Assembly: GCA_031458695.1 (NCBI GenBank)
Contig: JAVKJW010000008.1
Span: 21,100 to 85,099 of the forward strand
Source: Candidatus Thermofontivivens primus
GTDB lineage: Bacteria > Sysuimicrobiota > Sysuimicrobiia > Sysuimicrobiales > Thermofontiviventaceae
Direction of reading: 5' to 3'
Length of the DNA stretch: 64,000 nt
Shown: positions 34,150-43,737 of the stretch, in pieces
Position numbering within the stretch: position 1 is the stretch's first letter
Layout: each line of letters begins with the position of its first letter
Translations under genes and position numbers: made by a program
The notes under the pieces: model-generated
What the model saw: only the letters and a program-made list of their open reading frames with translations
What the model was told of the DNA's origin: nothing
Database searches by the model: none

Positions 34150-35820
34150 ATGGGCTCCGATTCGATGCAGGACCTTCCAGATGCTCCCCTCTCCTGGGGA
34201 GACACGCGCTGGAACAAGACGGGGAACTGGCGCCACATGCGTCCTGAAGTGCGCGAGCGTGCTGCGCCTTGTGCCAAGGCCTGCCCGCTCGGAAACCCTA
34301 TTCCCAAGGTGATGACTGCCGTGTCCCGGGGGGATCTGGAGGAAGCGGCCCGTCTTCTCCTTGAGCGTAACCCTTTCCCCGCGATTACCGGAAGGGTTTG
34401 CCCACACCCTTGTGAAGTGGGGTGCAACCGGAGGCGCTACGACGAACCCCTGGCGATCCGGTCCATTGAGCGCCTCGTGGGGGATTGGATCCAAGAACAC
34501 AGGACGGTTTACTTTCCCTCCGAGACAGGCAAGCGCGTGGCGATCGTTGGATCAGGGCCAGCCGGCCTCGCGGCAGCCAGCTACCTCCGGCGACAGGGAC
34601 ATCGCGTGGTGGTGTACGACCGGAACGACCGTGTGGGAGGAATGCTGGTGGATGCCATCCCCAGTTATCGTCTTCCCCGGAGCGTTGTAGAACGGGAGGC
34701 GCGAGCGCTCGAACAGATGGGGGTAGTTTTCCAGCTTGGTGTGACCATCGGGCGCGATGTCTCTGTGGAGCAGCTTCTTTCCAGTTATGATGCGGTCCTT
34801 GTGGCCACTGGCGCACACGGAGAGCGGAGGATGGGGATCCCAGGCGAAGAGCACTTCCTCGGAGGTTTGGAGTTCCTCCGCGCGGTGCGGCGGGGAGAGA
34901 GGAAACCTCCTGGCCGTCGGGTGGCGGTGGTGGGCGGGGGAAACGTGGCGATCGACGTGGCTCGTACCCTTGTCCGCTTGGGCGCTTCCCCTGTGATCCT
35001 CTACCGCCGGACCCGTAAGGAGATGCCGGCGATTGAGGAGGAGGTGGAGCGTGCTGAGGCCGACGGGGTGGAATTCCAGTTCCTCACCCTCCCCACATCT
35101 GCCGTCAAGCTGGACGGGTACCTTCGTCTTGTGGTGGTCCGAATGCAGCTCGGAGAGCGCGATCGCACCGGGCGGCCGCGGCCAGTTCCTATTCCTGGGT
35201 CGGAGTTCGAGCTGGAGTGTGACGCAGCCATCCGGGCAATTGGGGAGGTCGCCGAGACAGAATTCCTGCCCAGGGAAGTCCTGGACGACCAGGGATGGGT
35301 TGTTGCCGACAAATTTACAGGGGCGACAAAGAGGGCCGGGCTGTTTGTCGCTGGAGATCTTGTAACAGGGCCGGCAACAGTTGTGGAAGCGATTGCAGCA
35401 GGGCTCAGGGCAGGCAGGGCCATTGACCGGTTCGTGCGGGGGGAGGCTCTTCCCGTGCAGGAGAAGCCTCTGCCCACAGTTCCCCTCAAGGAGATCAACC
35501 TTGATTACTTCCCAAGGGCGTCCCGGGTCTCGATTCCGGAGCTTCCCCTCGCGGCGCGTTGCAAGACCTTCGATGAAGAGATCCTAGGCTTGGACCTCAA
35601 TTCTGCTAGGGGGGAAGCGGCACGTTGTTTTAGCTGCGGGAGTTGCAACCTTTGCGCCAACTGCTGGATCTTCTGCCCCGATGCGGCAATCCACCTTGAT
35701 GGCGATCTTCCCTGGGTGAACCTCGAGTACTGCAAAGGGTGCGGCGTCTGCGCAACGGAGTGCCCGCGTGGGGTCATCACCATGAAGGAGGAGCTGGCGA
35801 GAGAGGGGGCGGTCGCCTGA
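34150..35820 (+). CDS. GltD-like FAD/NAD(P) Fe-S oxidoreductase fused to a PorD-like ferredoxin
   Basis: KTGNWR; PCAKACP; GRVCPHPCEVGC; GSGPAG; GGGNVA; C-terminal CNLCANCWIFCP and CKGCGVCATECP. Confidence 0.85.
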   Translation: MGSDSMQDLPDAPLSWGDTRWNKTGNWRHMRPEVRERAAPCAKACPLGNPIPKVMTAVSRGDLEEAARLLLERNPFPAITGRVCPHPCEVGCNRRRYDEPLAIRSIERLVGDWIQEHRTVYFPSETGKRVAIVGSGPAGLAAASYLRRQGHRVVVYDRNDRVGGMLVDAIPSYRLPRSVVEREARALEQMGVVFQLGVTIGRDVSVEQLLSSYDAVLVATGAHGERRMGIPGEEHFLGGLEFLRAVRRGERKPPGRRVAVVGGGNVAIDVARTLVRLGASPVILYRRTRKEMPAIEEEVERAEADGVEFQFLTLPTSAVKLDGYLRLVVVRMQLGERDRTGRPRPVPIPGSEFELECDAAIRAIGEVAETEFLPREVLDDQGWVVADKFTGATKRAGLFVAGDLVTGPATVVEAIAAGLRAGRAIDRFVRGEALPVQEKPLPTVPLKEINLDYFPRASRVSIPELPLAARCKTFDEEILGLDLNSARGEAARCFSCGSCNLCANCWIFCPDAAIHLDGDLPWVNLEYCKGCGVCATECPRGVITMKEELAREGAVA

Positions 35821-36986
35821 TGATTACCGCGAGCGCGACAAAGGTCATCACGGGAAACCACGCCGTGAGCTACGGCGTTCTCCTCAGCCGGGTTCAGGTC
35901 ATCTCAGCCTACCCCATCACCCCCCAGACGCAGGTAGTGGAACTCCTCTCCGAGTTCGTGGCCAGCGGGAAGATGGCTGCGCGATTCATCACCGTGGAGT
36001 CCGAGCACTCCGCCATGGCCGCCTGCATTGGCGCCGCGTCCGTGGGAGCCAGGACATTCACAGCAACTTCCTCCCAGGGCCTTGCCCTCATGCATGAGAT
36101 GCTTCACTGGGCATCGGGGGCGCGGCTCCCCATTGTGATGGCGAATATCAATCGTGCCCTTGCCCCTCCTTGGTCCATCTGGACTGATCAGACCGATTCC
36201 CTTGCCCAGCGCGATACTGGGTGGATGCAGATCTACGTGGAGACAAGCCAGGAGGCCCTCGATTCCATCATCCTCGGGTTCAAGGTCTCTGAGCGTGTCC
36301 TTTTACCCACCATGGTCGTTTTGGATGCCTTCCTGCTCTCGCACACCGCCGAGCCTGTCGAGATCTACGACCAGGGGAGGGTTGATGAGTTCCTCCCTCC
36401 TTTCTCTGCTCCCTATCGCCTGAAGCCTGGTGTGCCTCAAGCACTCGGGGGGCTCGCCGATCCAGGGGTCTACTTCGAATTCCGGGTGAAGCTCCAAGAG
36501 GCCATGGAGAAGGCAAGGGAAGCCATCCTCGAAGAGGGGAAGCGTTTCGCCAAGCTTTTCGGGCGGTTCTATGGCCTCGTCCAGGAGGAGTTCATGGAAG
36601 ACGCCGAGATGGTGATCGTGACGGCGGGGGCCATGGCGGGAACTGCCAGGGCCGCTGTCCGGGAGCTGAGAAACGAGGGCCGGAAGGTAGGGCTCGTGCG
36701 GATTCGCGTCTTCCGTCCCTTCCCCTTTGTAGAACTTCGGCAAATCCTGGGAGGGCGAAAGAAAGTGGCTGTGCTCGACCGCAACCTCTCCCTGGGTCAC
36801 CACGGGATCTTCTACGAGGAGGTGAAGTCCGCGCTTTACCCCATGGCTGCACGACCCTTAGTGGTGGGATACGTGCTTGGGCTTGGAGGGCGCGATGTCC
36901 GGCCTGAGGATATCCAAGCCATCGTAGACGATCTGGAGATGCGGGAAGAAGCGCCGGAAATCGTCTGGTGGGGGGTGAAGCGATGA
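35820..36986 (+). CDS. porA: 2-oxoacid:ferredoxin oxidoreductase alpha subunit
   Basis: YPITPQT, ESEHSA and TATSSQG motifs. Confidence 0.92.
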   Translation: MITASATKVITGNHAVSYGVLLSRVQVISAYPITPQTQVVELLSEFVASGKMAARFITVESEHSAMAACIGAASVGARTFTATSSQGLALMHEMLHWASGARLPIVMANINRALAPPWSIWTDQTDSLAQRDTGWMQIYVETSQEALDSIILGFKVSERVLLPTMVVLDAFLLSHTAEPVEIYDQGRVDEFLPPFSAPYRLKPGVPQALGGLADPGVYFEFRVKLQEAMEKAREAILEEGKRFAKLFGRFYGLVQEEFMEDAEMVIVTAGAMAGTARAAVRELRNEGRKVGLVRIRVFRPFPFVELRQILGGRKKVAVLDRNLSLGHHGIFYEEVKSALYPMAARPLVVGYVLGLGGRDVRPEDIQAIVDDLEMREEAPEIVWWGVKR

Positions 36987-37927
36987 GGACGGGGACGTTG
37001 CTGTGGGCAGGACTGGAGGTCCCACAGGAAGAGTACCTCCACCCCGGCCACCTGGCCTGCCAGGGGTGCGGGGCAGCGCTCGCCATGCGCCTTGTCCTGA
37101 AAGCGGTGGGAGGGGATGTGATGGTGGTGCTCCCGGCCTGCTGCTGGACGATCATCGACGGGCCTTTTCCCTACCACGCTCTCAGAGTTCCCCTCCTCCA
37201 TACTGCGTTTGAGACGGCAGCAGCGGCAGCAGCGGGGGTGAAGGCGGGGCTTGAGGTTCTGGGGGATACAAGGACCCAGGTGATCGCCTGGGCAGGGGAT
37301 GGAGGTACTTTCGACATCGGTCTCCAGGCTCTTTCAGGAGCTGCAGAGCGGAACGAGGACATCCTCTACATCTGCTACGACAACGAAGCCTATATGAACA
37401 CAGGGATCCAGCGGAGCAGCGCCACCCCCCTCGGCGCCTGGACAACCACAACACCCGAGGCGCACCCGGAGGATCGCCCCAAGAAAGACTTAATGGCCAT
37501 CATGGCCGCCCACCGCATCCCCTATGCTGCGACGGCGACGGTCGCCTTTCCCGATGACCTCATCCGGAAGGCCCGCAAGGCCAAGGGGATCAGGGGTACG
37601 CGTCTATTACATATCCTTGCGCCCTGCCCGCCGGGATGGCGCATGGAGAGCGAGCGGATGATCAAGGTCTCCCGCCTCGCCGTGGCCACAGGAGCTTTTC
37701 CCCTCTTCGAGGTGGAGGAGGGAACACGGTATACCCTGACTTATCGCCCCGCAGGGCTCCCCCTGAAGGAGTATCTGAAGCTCCAAGGGAGATTCGCGCA
37801 TCTCACCGAAGACCAGATCGCCGTTTTGGAGAAGCAGGTAGAGGCGCGCTGGAAGGAGCTCTTGGAGTTGCATGCCCGAACCCACGGAACAGTCGAAGAT
37901 ATCCCTGTAGTTCCCTTTGGAGGGTGA
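36983..37927 (+). CDS. porB: 2-oxoacid:ferredoxin oxidoreductase beta (TPP-binding) subunit
   Basis: ACQGCG and GDGG...DNEAYMNTG motifs. Confidence 0.92.
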   Translation: MRTGTLLWAGLEVPQEEYLHPGHLACQGCGAALAMRLVLKAVGGDVMVVLPACCWTIIDGPFPYHALRVPLLHTAFETAAAAAAGVKAGLEVLGDTRTQVIAWAGDGGTFDIGLQALSGAAERNEDILYICYDNEAYMNTGIQRSSATPLGAWTTTTPEAHPEDRPKKDLMAIMAAHRIPYAATATVAFPDDLIRKARKAKGIRGTRLLHILAPCPPGWRMESERMIKVSRLAVATGAFPLFEVEEGTRYTLTYRPAGLPLKEYLKLQGRFAHLTEDQIAVLEKQVEARWKELLELHARTHGTVEDIPVVPFGG

Positions 37928-37931
37928 GAGA

Positions 37932-39047
37932 ATGGATATCTCCGTGCCCCGGGAGACGACCCGGGAGGAGACGAGAGTGCCCCTCTCCCCGGCCGCGGTA
38001 CGGGCGCTGGTGCAGCGCGGGCACCGTGTATTCGTGGAGCGCCGTGCCGGGGAATTCGCAGGGTTTACAGACGATGCCTACACTTCTGCCGGGGCCACTG
38101 TGGTCTACAGCGCAGAGGAAGCCTTTCGCCGTGGCGAGCTCGTGGTGAAGGTCCAGGCCCCGTCTCCTTCGGAGCTTGCCCACCTGGAGAAGGGCCAGAT
38201 GGTCATGGCATTCTGGCACTTCCCCATCCTGCCGTCCGCTAGCCTCGAGCGAGTTCTTGCAGGGGAGATTACCGCCATCGCCTACGAGCTGATGCAGTCC
38301 TCCAACGGTACCCTCCCGGTGTTGCGGGCGATGAGCCAGATTGGGGGGAGGCTCGCGATCCAGAGAGCCGCCATTCTCCTCGAGACGATCCAGGGAGGTG
38401 CTGGTGTCCTCCTCGGGGGGATCCCAGGGATTCCCCCCGCAGAGGTCGTGATCCTGGGAGGAGGCACGGTGGCGCAGAATGCCGCCATGGCTGCGCTCGG
38501 TCTGGGGGCACATGTCACCATCATCGAGAAGGACTTAGAACGCCTCCAGTTGCTGGAACAACGGTTTCCAGCCGGGGTGACCACTATGGTCTCCAATGAG
38601 GAGACCATCCGCAAGGCCGTCACGTATGCCAACGTCCTCATTGGGGCGGTGCTCGTCCCAGGAGAGCGAACGCCCATCCTGGTCACGCGGGAGATGGTTC
38701 GGTCGATGCGTCCCAGGTCCGTGATCATAGACCTTTCCATTGACCAAGGAGGATGCGTGGAGACGAGCCGGCCCACGACCCTGAGGGATCCCGTGTATGT
38801 CGAGGAGGGAATCATCCACTGCTGCGTTCCGAACCTTCCCGCAGCCGTGAGCAGGACGGCCTCCCGGGCGCTCAGCAACGCCATCCATCCGATCATCGAG
38901 GAGCTTGCTGAAAAAGGCTTCTCTCAAGCGGTCCGTACCAATCCTCTCCTGGAGTCTGCGGTGTGCTCCTACCGTGGGCACCTCACCCATCCCACCGTCT
39001 CCCGCTCCCTTGGCCGAACTTGGACTCCCCTCACTTCCCTCCTCTGA
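37932..39047 (+). CDS. ald: Alanine dehydrogenase family protein
   Basis: GVLLGGIPG, GGGTVA and DQGGCVETS; divergent KVQAP. Confidence 0.8.
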   Translation: MDISVPRETTREETRVPLSPAAVRALVQRGHRVFVERRAGEFAGFTDDAYTSAGATVVYSAEEAFRRGELVVKVQAPSPSELAHLEKGQMVMAFWHFPILPSASLERVLAGEITAIAYELMQSSNGTLPVLRAMSQIGGRLAIQRAAILLETIQGGAGVLLGGIPGIPPAEVVILGGGTVAQNAAMAALGLGAHVTIIEKDLERLQLLEQRFPAGVTTMVSNEETIRKAVTYANVLIGAVLVPGERTPILVTREMVRSMRPRSVIIDLSIDQGGCVETSRPTTLRDPVYVEEGIIHCCVPNLPAAVSRTASRALSNAIHPIIEELAEKGFSQAVRTNPLLESAVCSYRGHLTHPTVSRSLGRTWTPLTSLL

Positions 39048-39051
39048 GGTG

Positions 39052-40359
39052 ATGCCGTTGGCTGGGATCGATTGGGTGAACCTGTACAGGAGCAAGATCA
39101 CGACTCCTGAGGACGCCGTGCGTCTCGTCCAGAGAGGCCACCGTGTGTATATCAGTGGGAACGCGGCAACGCCGCACATCCTCCTAGAAGCCCTCGCCCA
39201 TAGGGCACCTGAGCTCGAGGGGGTAGAGGTCCTCCATGTCTTGATGCTCGGAGAGACCTCGCTCTCCCGCCCCGAGATCGCTGGGCACGTCCGGTTGAAC
39301 GCCTTCTTCGTGGGGCCTGGGGACCGGGAGGCGGTGAACGAGGGGCGAGCGGATTACATTCCCATCTTCCTCCATGAGATCCCGAAGGTGCTGAGGGGTG
39401 AGCTGGCCCCCGATATCGTCTTGCTGCAAACCTCACCTCCCGATGAGCATGGCTTCTTGAGTCTGGGGACCGAGGTCCTGGCCAACCTCGCCGCCATCTC
39501 CCAGGCGAAATACGTTATCGTCCACGTTAACGAGCGCATGCCACGGACCCTTGGGAACTCGTTCATTCACCTCTCCCGTGTCTCCCGGATTGTGGAGATG
39601 CCTTGGGAGCTCCCAGAGCTCCGTCCCCGGCCGTTCACCGAGGTCGAGGAGCGCATTGGGAGGTACATCGCAGAGCTCATTCCCGATGGCGCCACCTTAC
39701 AGCTTGGAATCGGTGGGATCCCCGATGCCGTCCTCGCGGCATTGACCAACCATCGAGACCTTGGAATCCACTCTGAGATGGTCTCCGATGGTGTCATGAA
39801 CCTGGTGGAGGCAGGAGTCATTACAGGAGCGCGGAAAACCCTCCACCCCGGGAAGGTGGTTGCCACGTTCATCCTAGGGAGCCGGCGGCTCTATGACTTT
39901 GTGGACAATAACCCCCTATTTGAACTTCATCCCGTGGATTACACCAACGATCCCTTTGTGATCGCCCAGAATGCACGGATGGTCGCAGTGAACTCTGCCC
40001 TGGAGGTCGACCTCACGGGGCAGGTTTGCGCGGATTCTCTGGGGACATTTATTTACTCGGGGTTTGGTGGACAGCTGGATTTCATCCGCGGCGCAGCCCG
40101 CTCCCAGGGTGGGATCCCCATCATCGCCCTTCCTTCCACAGCCAAGGGAGGGACTGTTTCCCGCATTGTCCCGACGCTGACCCCGGGCGCAGGCGTTGTC
40201 ACCACGAGGGCCGATGTACACTATGTGGTCACGGAGTACGGGGTTGCTCATCTCCACGGGAAAAGCCTCCGGCAGCGGGCTCAGGCGCTCATCGCCATCG
40301 CCCATCCTAAGTTCCGTCCTTGGCTAGAGGAGGAAGCCCGCAAGCGCCACCTCCTGTGA
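39052..40359 (+). CDS. Acetyl-CoA hydrolase / 4-hydroxybutyrate CoA-transferase family
   Basis: LQLGIGGIP, HSEM, GGQLDF and VVTEYG motifs. Confidence 0.9.
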   Translation: MPLAGIDWVNLYRSKITTPEDAVRLVQRGHRVYISGNAATPHILLEALAHRAPELEGVEVLHVLMLGETSLSRPEIAGHVRLNAFFVGPGDREAVNEGRADYIPIFLHEIPKVLRGELAPDIVLLQTSPPDEHGFLSLGTEVLANLAAISQAKYVIVHVNERMPRTLGNSFIHLSRVSRIVEMPWELPELRPRPFTEVEERIGRYIAELIPDGATLQLGIGGIPDAVLAALTNHRDLGIHSEMVSDGVMNLVEAGVITGARKTLHPGKVVATFILGSRRLYDFVDNNPLFELHPVDYTNDPFVIAQNARMVAVNSALEVDLTGQVCADSLGTFIYSGFGGQLDFIRGAARSQGGIPIIALPSTAKGGTVSRIVPTLTPGAGVVTTRADVHYVVTEYGVAHLHGKSLRQRAQALIAIAHPKFRPWLEEEARKRHLL

Positions 40360-40535
40360 GAATATCCACCACACTCCCCTAGGTCCTCCATCGGGCTTGG
40401 GCCCGAGGAGGAAATTCCCCCGCGTACCCTATGGTTTGACTCCCCCAGAGACGTTAGACTGGGACATGGAAGGACCTCTTTCCACGCTCCAGGGTTCCCT
40501 GCGGGTGATGGAAAGCAAAGAAAGGAGGATTCGAG

Positions 40536-41186
40536 ATGCTTGTCAAGGAGTGGATGACCACCGAGGTGATCACGGTAGATAGCAGGACACCGCTCTACGA
40601 TGCATTGCGCCTCATGGAGAAGAAGCGTATCCGGCGTCTCCCGGTGGTGGACCGGGGGAAGCTCGTGGGGATCGTTACTTGGACAGATTTGATGCGCGCT
40701 CAGCCCTCTCCGGCCACCTCCCTTGCCGTGTGGGAAATTCCTTATCTTCTTTCCAAGGCCCAAGTCGCAGATGTGATGACACGGAACCCCATCACCATCT
40801 CCCCCGATATGCCTCTTGAGGAGGCTGCCCTCCTCATGCGGGAAAAGAAGATCGGCGGGCTCCCGGTGATGGAAGGGGAGCGCCTTGTGGGAATCATCAC
40901 CGAGAGTGACATCTTCGACGCTTTGATCGACGTCCTAGGTCTTCGCACGCCTGGCGCGCGACTCGTCGTGACCTTGGAAACTCCCCAGGCCGTTTGCGGC
41001 GTCCTGAGTGCCATTGAATCCACGGGATCGGCAGTCCACAACTTGGCCCTCTACCACCAGGATGGTCAGGTCCGGCTCGTCCTGCGGGTGGAAAAGGCGA
41101 AGGCGAAGGAAGTCGAGCGCGTGTTGCACGACCAAGGATTCCGGATTGTGTACGCGAACCATGTAGAGGTACGCGCGGCAGGATAG
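40536..41186 (+). CDS. CBS-pair plus ACT protein (AcuB-like)
   Basis: IRRLPVV, GGLPV, GIITESDIF; C-terminal ACT-like segment. Confidence 0.88.
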   Translation: MLVKEWMTTEVITVDSRTPLYDALRLMEKKRIRRLPVVDRGKLVGIVTWTDLMRAQPSPATSLAVWEIPYLLSKAQVADVMTRNPITISPDMPLEEAALLMREKKIGGLPVMEGERLVGIITESDIFDALIDVLGLRTPGARLVVTLETPQAVCGVLSAIESTGSAVHNLALYHQDGQVRLVLRVEKAKAKEVERVLHDQGFRIVYANHVEVRAAG

Positions 41187-41205
41187 AAAGAACCCCCTGC
41201 AAAAT

Positions 41206-41232
41206 CCCCGTTGCAGCTCTCAGGCAACGGGG
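41206..41232. terminator. Hairpin after the AcuB-like gene
   Basis: CCCCGTTGC / GCAACGGGG 9-bp stem. Confidence 0.45.
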
Positions 41233-41253
41233 GAACGGGGAAGGTGGCGGGAC

Positions 41254-42450
41254 ATGGCGTCTGAGGTGACCTTCCCCTTTCTCTCCATCCGAGAAGGGAC
41301 CATCAACATTGGAACGCGCGACGGCGCCCTCTACACATTCGACCGGGAGGGGCGTCTCTTCGCCGCCTACCGGGACGGACACCTCTACCGGAGGGGGTTG
41401 GATAACCGTCTCAAGGAGAAATGGTCGGAGGGAGGTCGGCGGTTCTACCGGGACGTGGAAGGGGAAGAAAAGGCGATCTTCCTGGAGGGCGTGATCAAAG
41501 TTGTGCAGGAAGTGGTATGGGCGCTGAAACGCGGGGATGCAGAGGTGCTTGCGCCCGCCAGGGCTGTCTCCCCAAGAGAAGTCGAGGAGGTATTGGAACG
41601 GATCCTGCGGCACGACGCGAAGACTTTGGAAGAGGAAAAGCAGGATTTCTTTGCTGTGTACAAGCCCGTGAGCATTCTTCCTCCCGACCAATACCTTGCC
41701 GTGGTCTTCCAGGCGACGGAGGGGTGCCACTGGAACCGTTGTACATTCTGCACCTTCTACCGGGACCGTCCTTTCCGGATCAAACCCCTTGAGGAGTTCC
41801 GCAGGCACGTCCGGGCTGTCCTGGAGTTCCTGGGAGAAGGCCTCTCCATGCGGCGTTCGATTTTTCTCGCCGATGCGAACGCCCTGGTCACTCCCCAGCC
41901 TCACCTGAGGGCGTTCATCCAGACGATTGAAGAGGTCCTGCCCGTACGCGAGATGGGCATCTACTCTTTCTTGGATATCTTTACCGGGCGGAGGAAACCT
42001 CCTGAGGAATTTGCCGAGCTCCGGGAGCTTGGATTGCGGCGTGTCTACATAGGGCTGGAAACCGGGGACGATGAACTCCTCCGCTTCTTGAACAAGCCAG
42101 GGAGCGCGCGGGATGCCATTGAGGTGGTCAGGGCGCTCAAGGGAGCAGGGGTGCATGTTGGTGTGATTGTCATGGTAGGGGTTGGAGGGGAGAAGTTTGC
42201 CCAAAGTCACGTAGATCGCACTGTCGAAGTCCTCCATGCTATGGAGCTCGGACCCGGTGATATTATCTACCTCTCCGAGTTCATCGAATTTCCAGGAAGC
42301 GCTTATGTGGAGAGAGCGCGTGCGGAAGGGATCCGGCCCCTGGACGAAGGAGCGATCAAGGCGCAGAGACGGACTCTCATCGAGAGACTCCGATTTCCTA
42401 GCGGCCGTCCCAAGATCGCCCGCTACTCCCTCCAGGAGTACATCTATTAA
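41254..42450 (+). CDS. Radical SAM protein
   Basis: GCHWNRCTFC (CxxxCxxC); FLADANAL; YIGLETG. Confidence 0.9.
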   Translation: MASEVTFPFLSIREGTINIGTRDGALYTFDREGRLFAAYRDGHLYRRGLDNRLKEKWSEGGRRFYRDVEGEEKAIFLEGVIKVVQEVVWALKRGDAEVLAPARAVSPREVEEVLERILRHDAKTLEEEKQDFFAVYKPVSILPPDQYLAVVFQATEGCHWNRCTFCTFYRDRPFRIKPLEEFRRHVRAVLEFLGEGLSMRRSIFLADANALVTPQPHLRAFIQTIEEVLPVREMGIYSFLDIFTGRRKPPEEFAELRELGLRRVYIGLETGDDELLRFLNKPGSARDAIEVVRALKGAGVHVGVIVMVGVGGEKFAQSHVDRTVEVLHAMELGPGDIIYLSEFIEFPGSAYVERARAEGIRPLDEGAIKAQRRTLIERLRFPSGRPKIARYSLQEYIY

Positions 42451-42527
42451 GGTAACCCTAGCAGGATCTCGACAGGGGATTTTGCTGAGGACCCCGTTAT
42501 CTCAAGAAAGGCCTCGCGCCAGCCCCC

Positions 42528-43610
42528 TCAGGTTCGTGGGTTTGGCGGAGGAGAGAGCCGCCCAGCCTGGTGTAGCAGGGCGAGGGTCTCTTCCAAAGGA
42601 AGCGCCTCCAGGAGGTGGCCGTCTCTTCCTACCAGGGTTGTCGCCCGGAAGAGGCTATTGAGAACCGCTTCCTCGGTGGCCTCCTCGGCTGCGCGGAAGA
42701 GATGGTTGAGGACCTCGGGGTCAACCTTCTCCATGGCACGTGTGGTCGTGAAAGCGATCACAAGGTCACCACTGCGGTAGCCGCCTGTCCAACCAGTGCG
42801 GGCGAGGCCGATGGGACACCGCCGGGCCACCCGTTTCAAGGAGGTGGGATCAAGAAAGGCATCGGTGGCGAGGACGATGACCACGGAACCTCCTTGGACG
42901 ATGGGAGGCTCTCTTTGGCTGAGGAGTCGGCCGACGGGAACGCCGGCGATGAGAAGGTCCTCCCTTCGCCCCATATTTGTCACCACCAAGACACCTACCC
43001 GGAACCCTCCTGCCTCCTCCGGGAGGAGGCGAGAGCTGGTCCCTACCCCTCCCTTGAAGCCGTAACAGGCAGTTCCGACACCTGCTCCGACGGTCCCCTC
43101 CTCGACGAGACCGCCTTTCGCGCCTTCGATGGCGGCGAAGACATGCTCCTCTCTCACGTGGCGGCCCTGGGCATCGTTGAGGTAGCCATCGTGGCACTCG
43201 GCGACTACTGGGTTGACGGTGGGTCCAGAGATGCCGATCTCCCGGTTCTCCCGGAGGACCCAGGAAATGAGCCCATCGGCCACCCTGGGGACGTTCAAGG
43301 TGCTGGTGATCAGAATGGGTGTCTCCAGTTCCCCGAGTTCTTCGATCTGGATCAACCCTGTCGCTTTCGCGAATCCATTGAAGACGTGAACAGCAGCCGT
43401 CACAGGTTCTCGGTAGATATTCCCAGGGTGCGGAAGGATAGCGGTCACGCCGGTCCGGATGGGTCCTTTCCCCGGGATCAGAGGGCCTTCCCCTTCGAGG
43501 AGGGAAACGTGGCCAACACGCACTTCGCCGACGTCGGTGATGGCATTCAGCGGACCACACGGCAAGGAACCGATCTGAAGCCCCGTCTCTCGGACTCTAG
43601 GACGGTACAT
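42528..43610 (-). CDS. P1-family (DmpA-like) aminopeptidase
   Basis: NAITDV, GVGAGVG, KGGVGTSSR and SGDLVIAF motifs. Confidence 0.9.
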   Translation of the reverse strand: MYRPRVRETGLQIGSLPCGPLNAITDVGEVRVGHVSLLEGEGPLIPGKGPIRTGVTAILPHPGNIYREPVTAAVHVFNGFAKATGLIQIEELGELETPILITSTLNVPRVADGLISWVLRENREIGISGPTVNPVVAECHDGYLNDAQGRHVREEHVFAAIEGAKGGLVEEGTVGAGVGTACYGFKGGVGTSSRLLPEEAGGFRVGVLVVTNMGRREDLLIAGVPVGRLLSQREPPIVQGGSVVIVLATDAFLDPTSLKRVARRCPIGLARTGWTGGYRSGDLVIAFTTTRAMEKVDPEVLNHLFRAAEEATEEAVLNSLFRATTLVGRDGHLLEALPLEETLALLHQAGRLSPPPNPRT

Positions 43611-43737
43611 GCAAAGTTCCCCCTTCTGCGTGTGCAGGCAATCCTAGGATGTTCCGACACATCGGGAGCTAGCGTATCACGACATCTCAGGAACGGCAAC
43701 TATCAGCTCTTCTGGACCCTATAGCGGGACGATCGTC

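Noticed and set aside
41254..42450. AmmeMemoRadiSam radical SAM partner of the MEMO genes
   Set aside because: It lacks the N-terminal Cys-rich region and PflA-like motifs and is far from both MEMO genes
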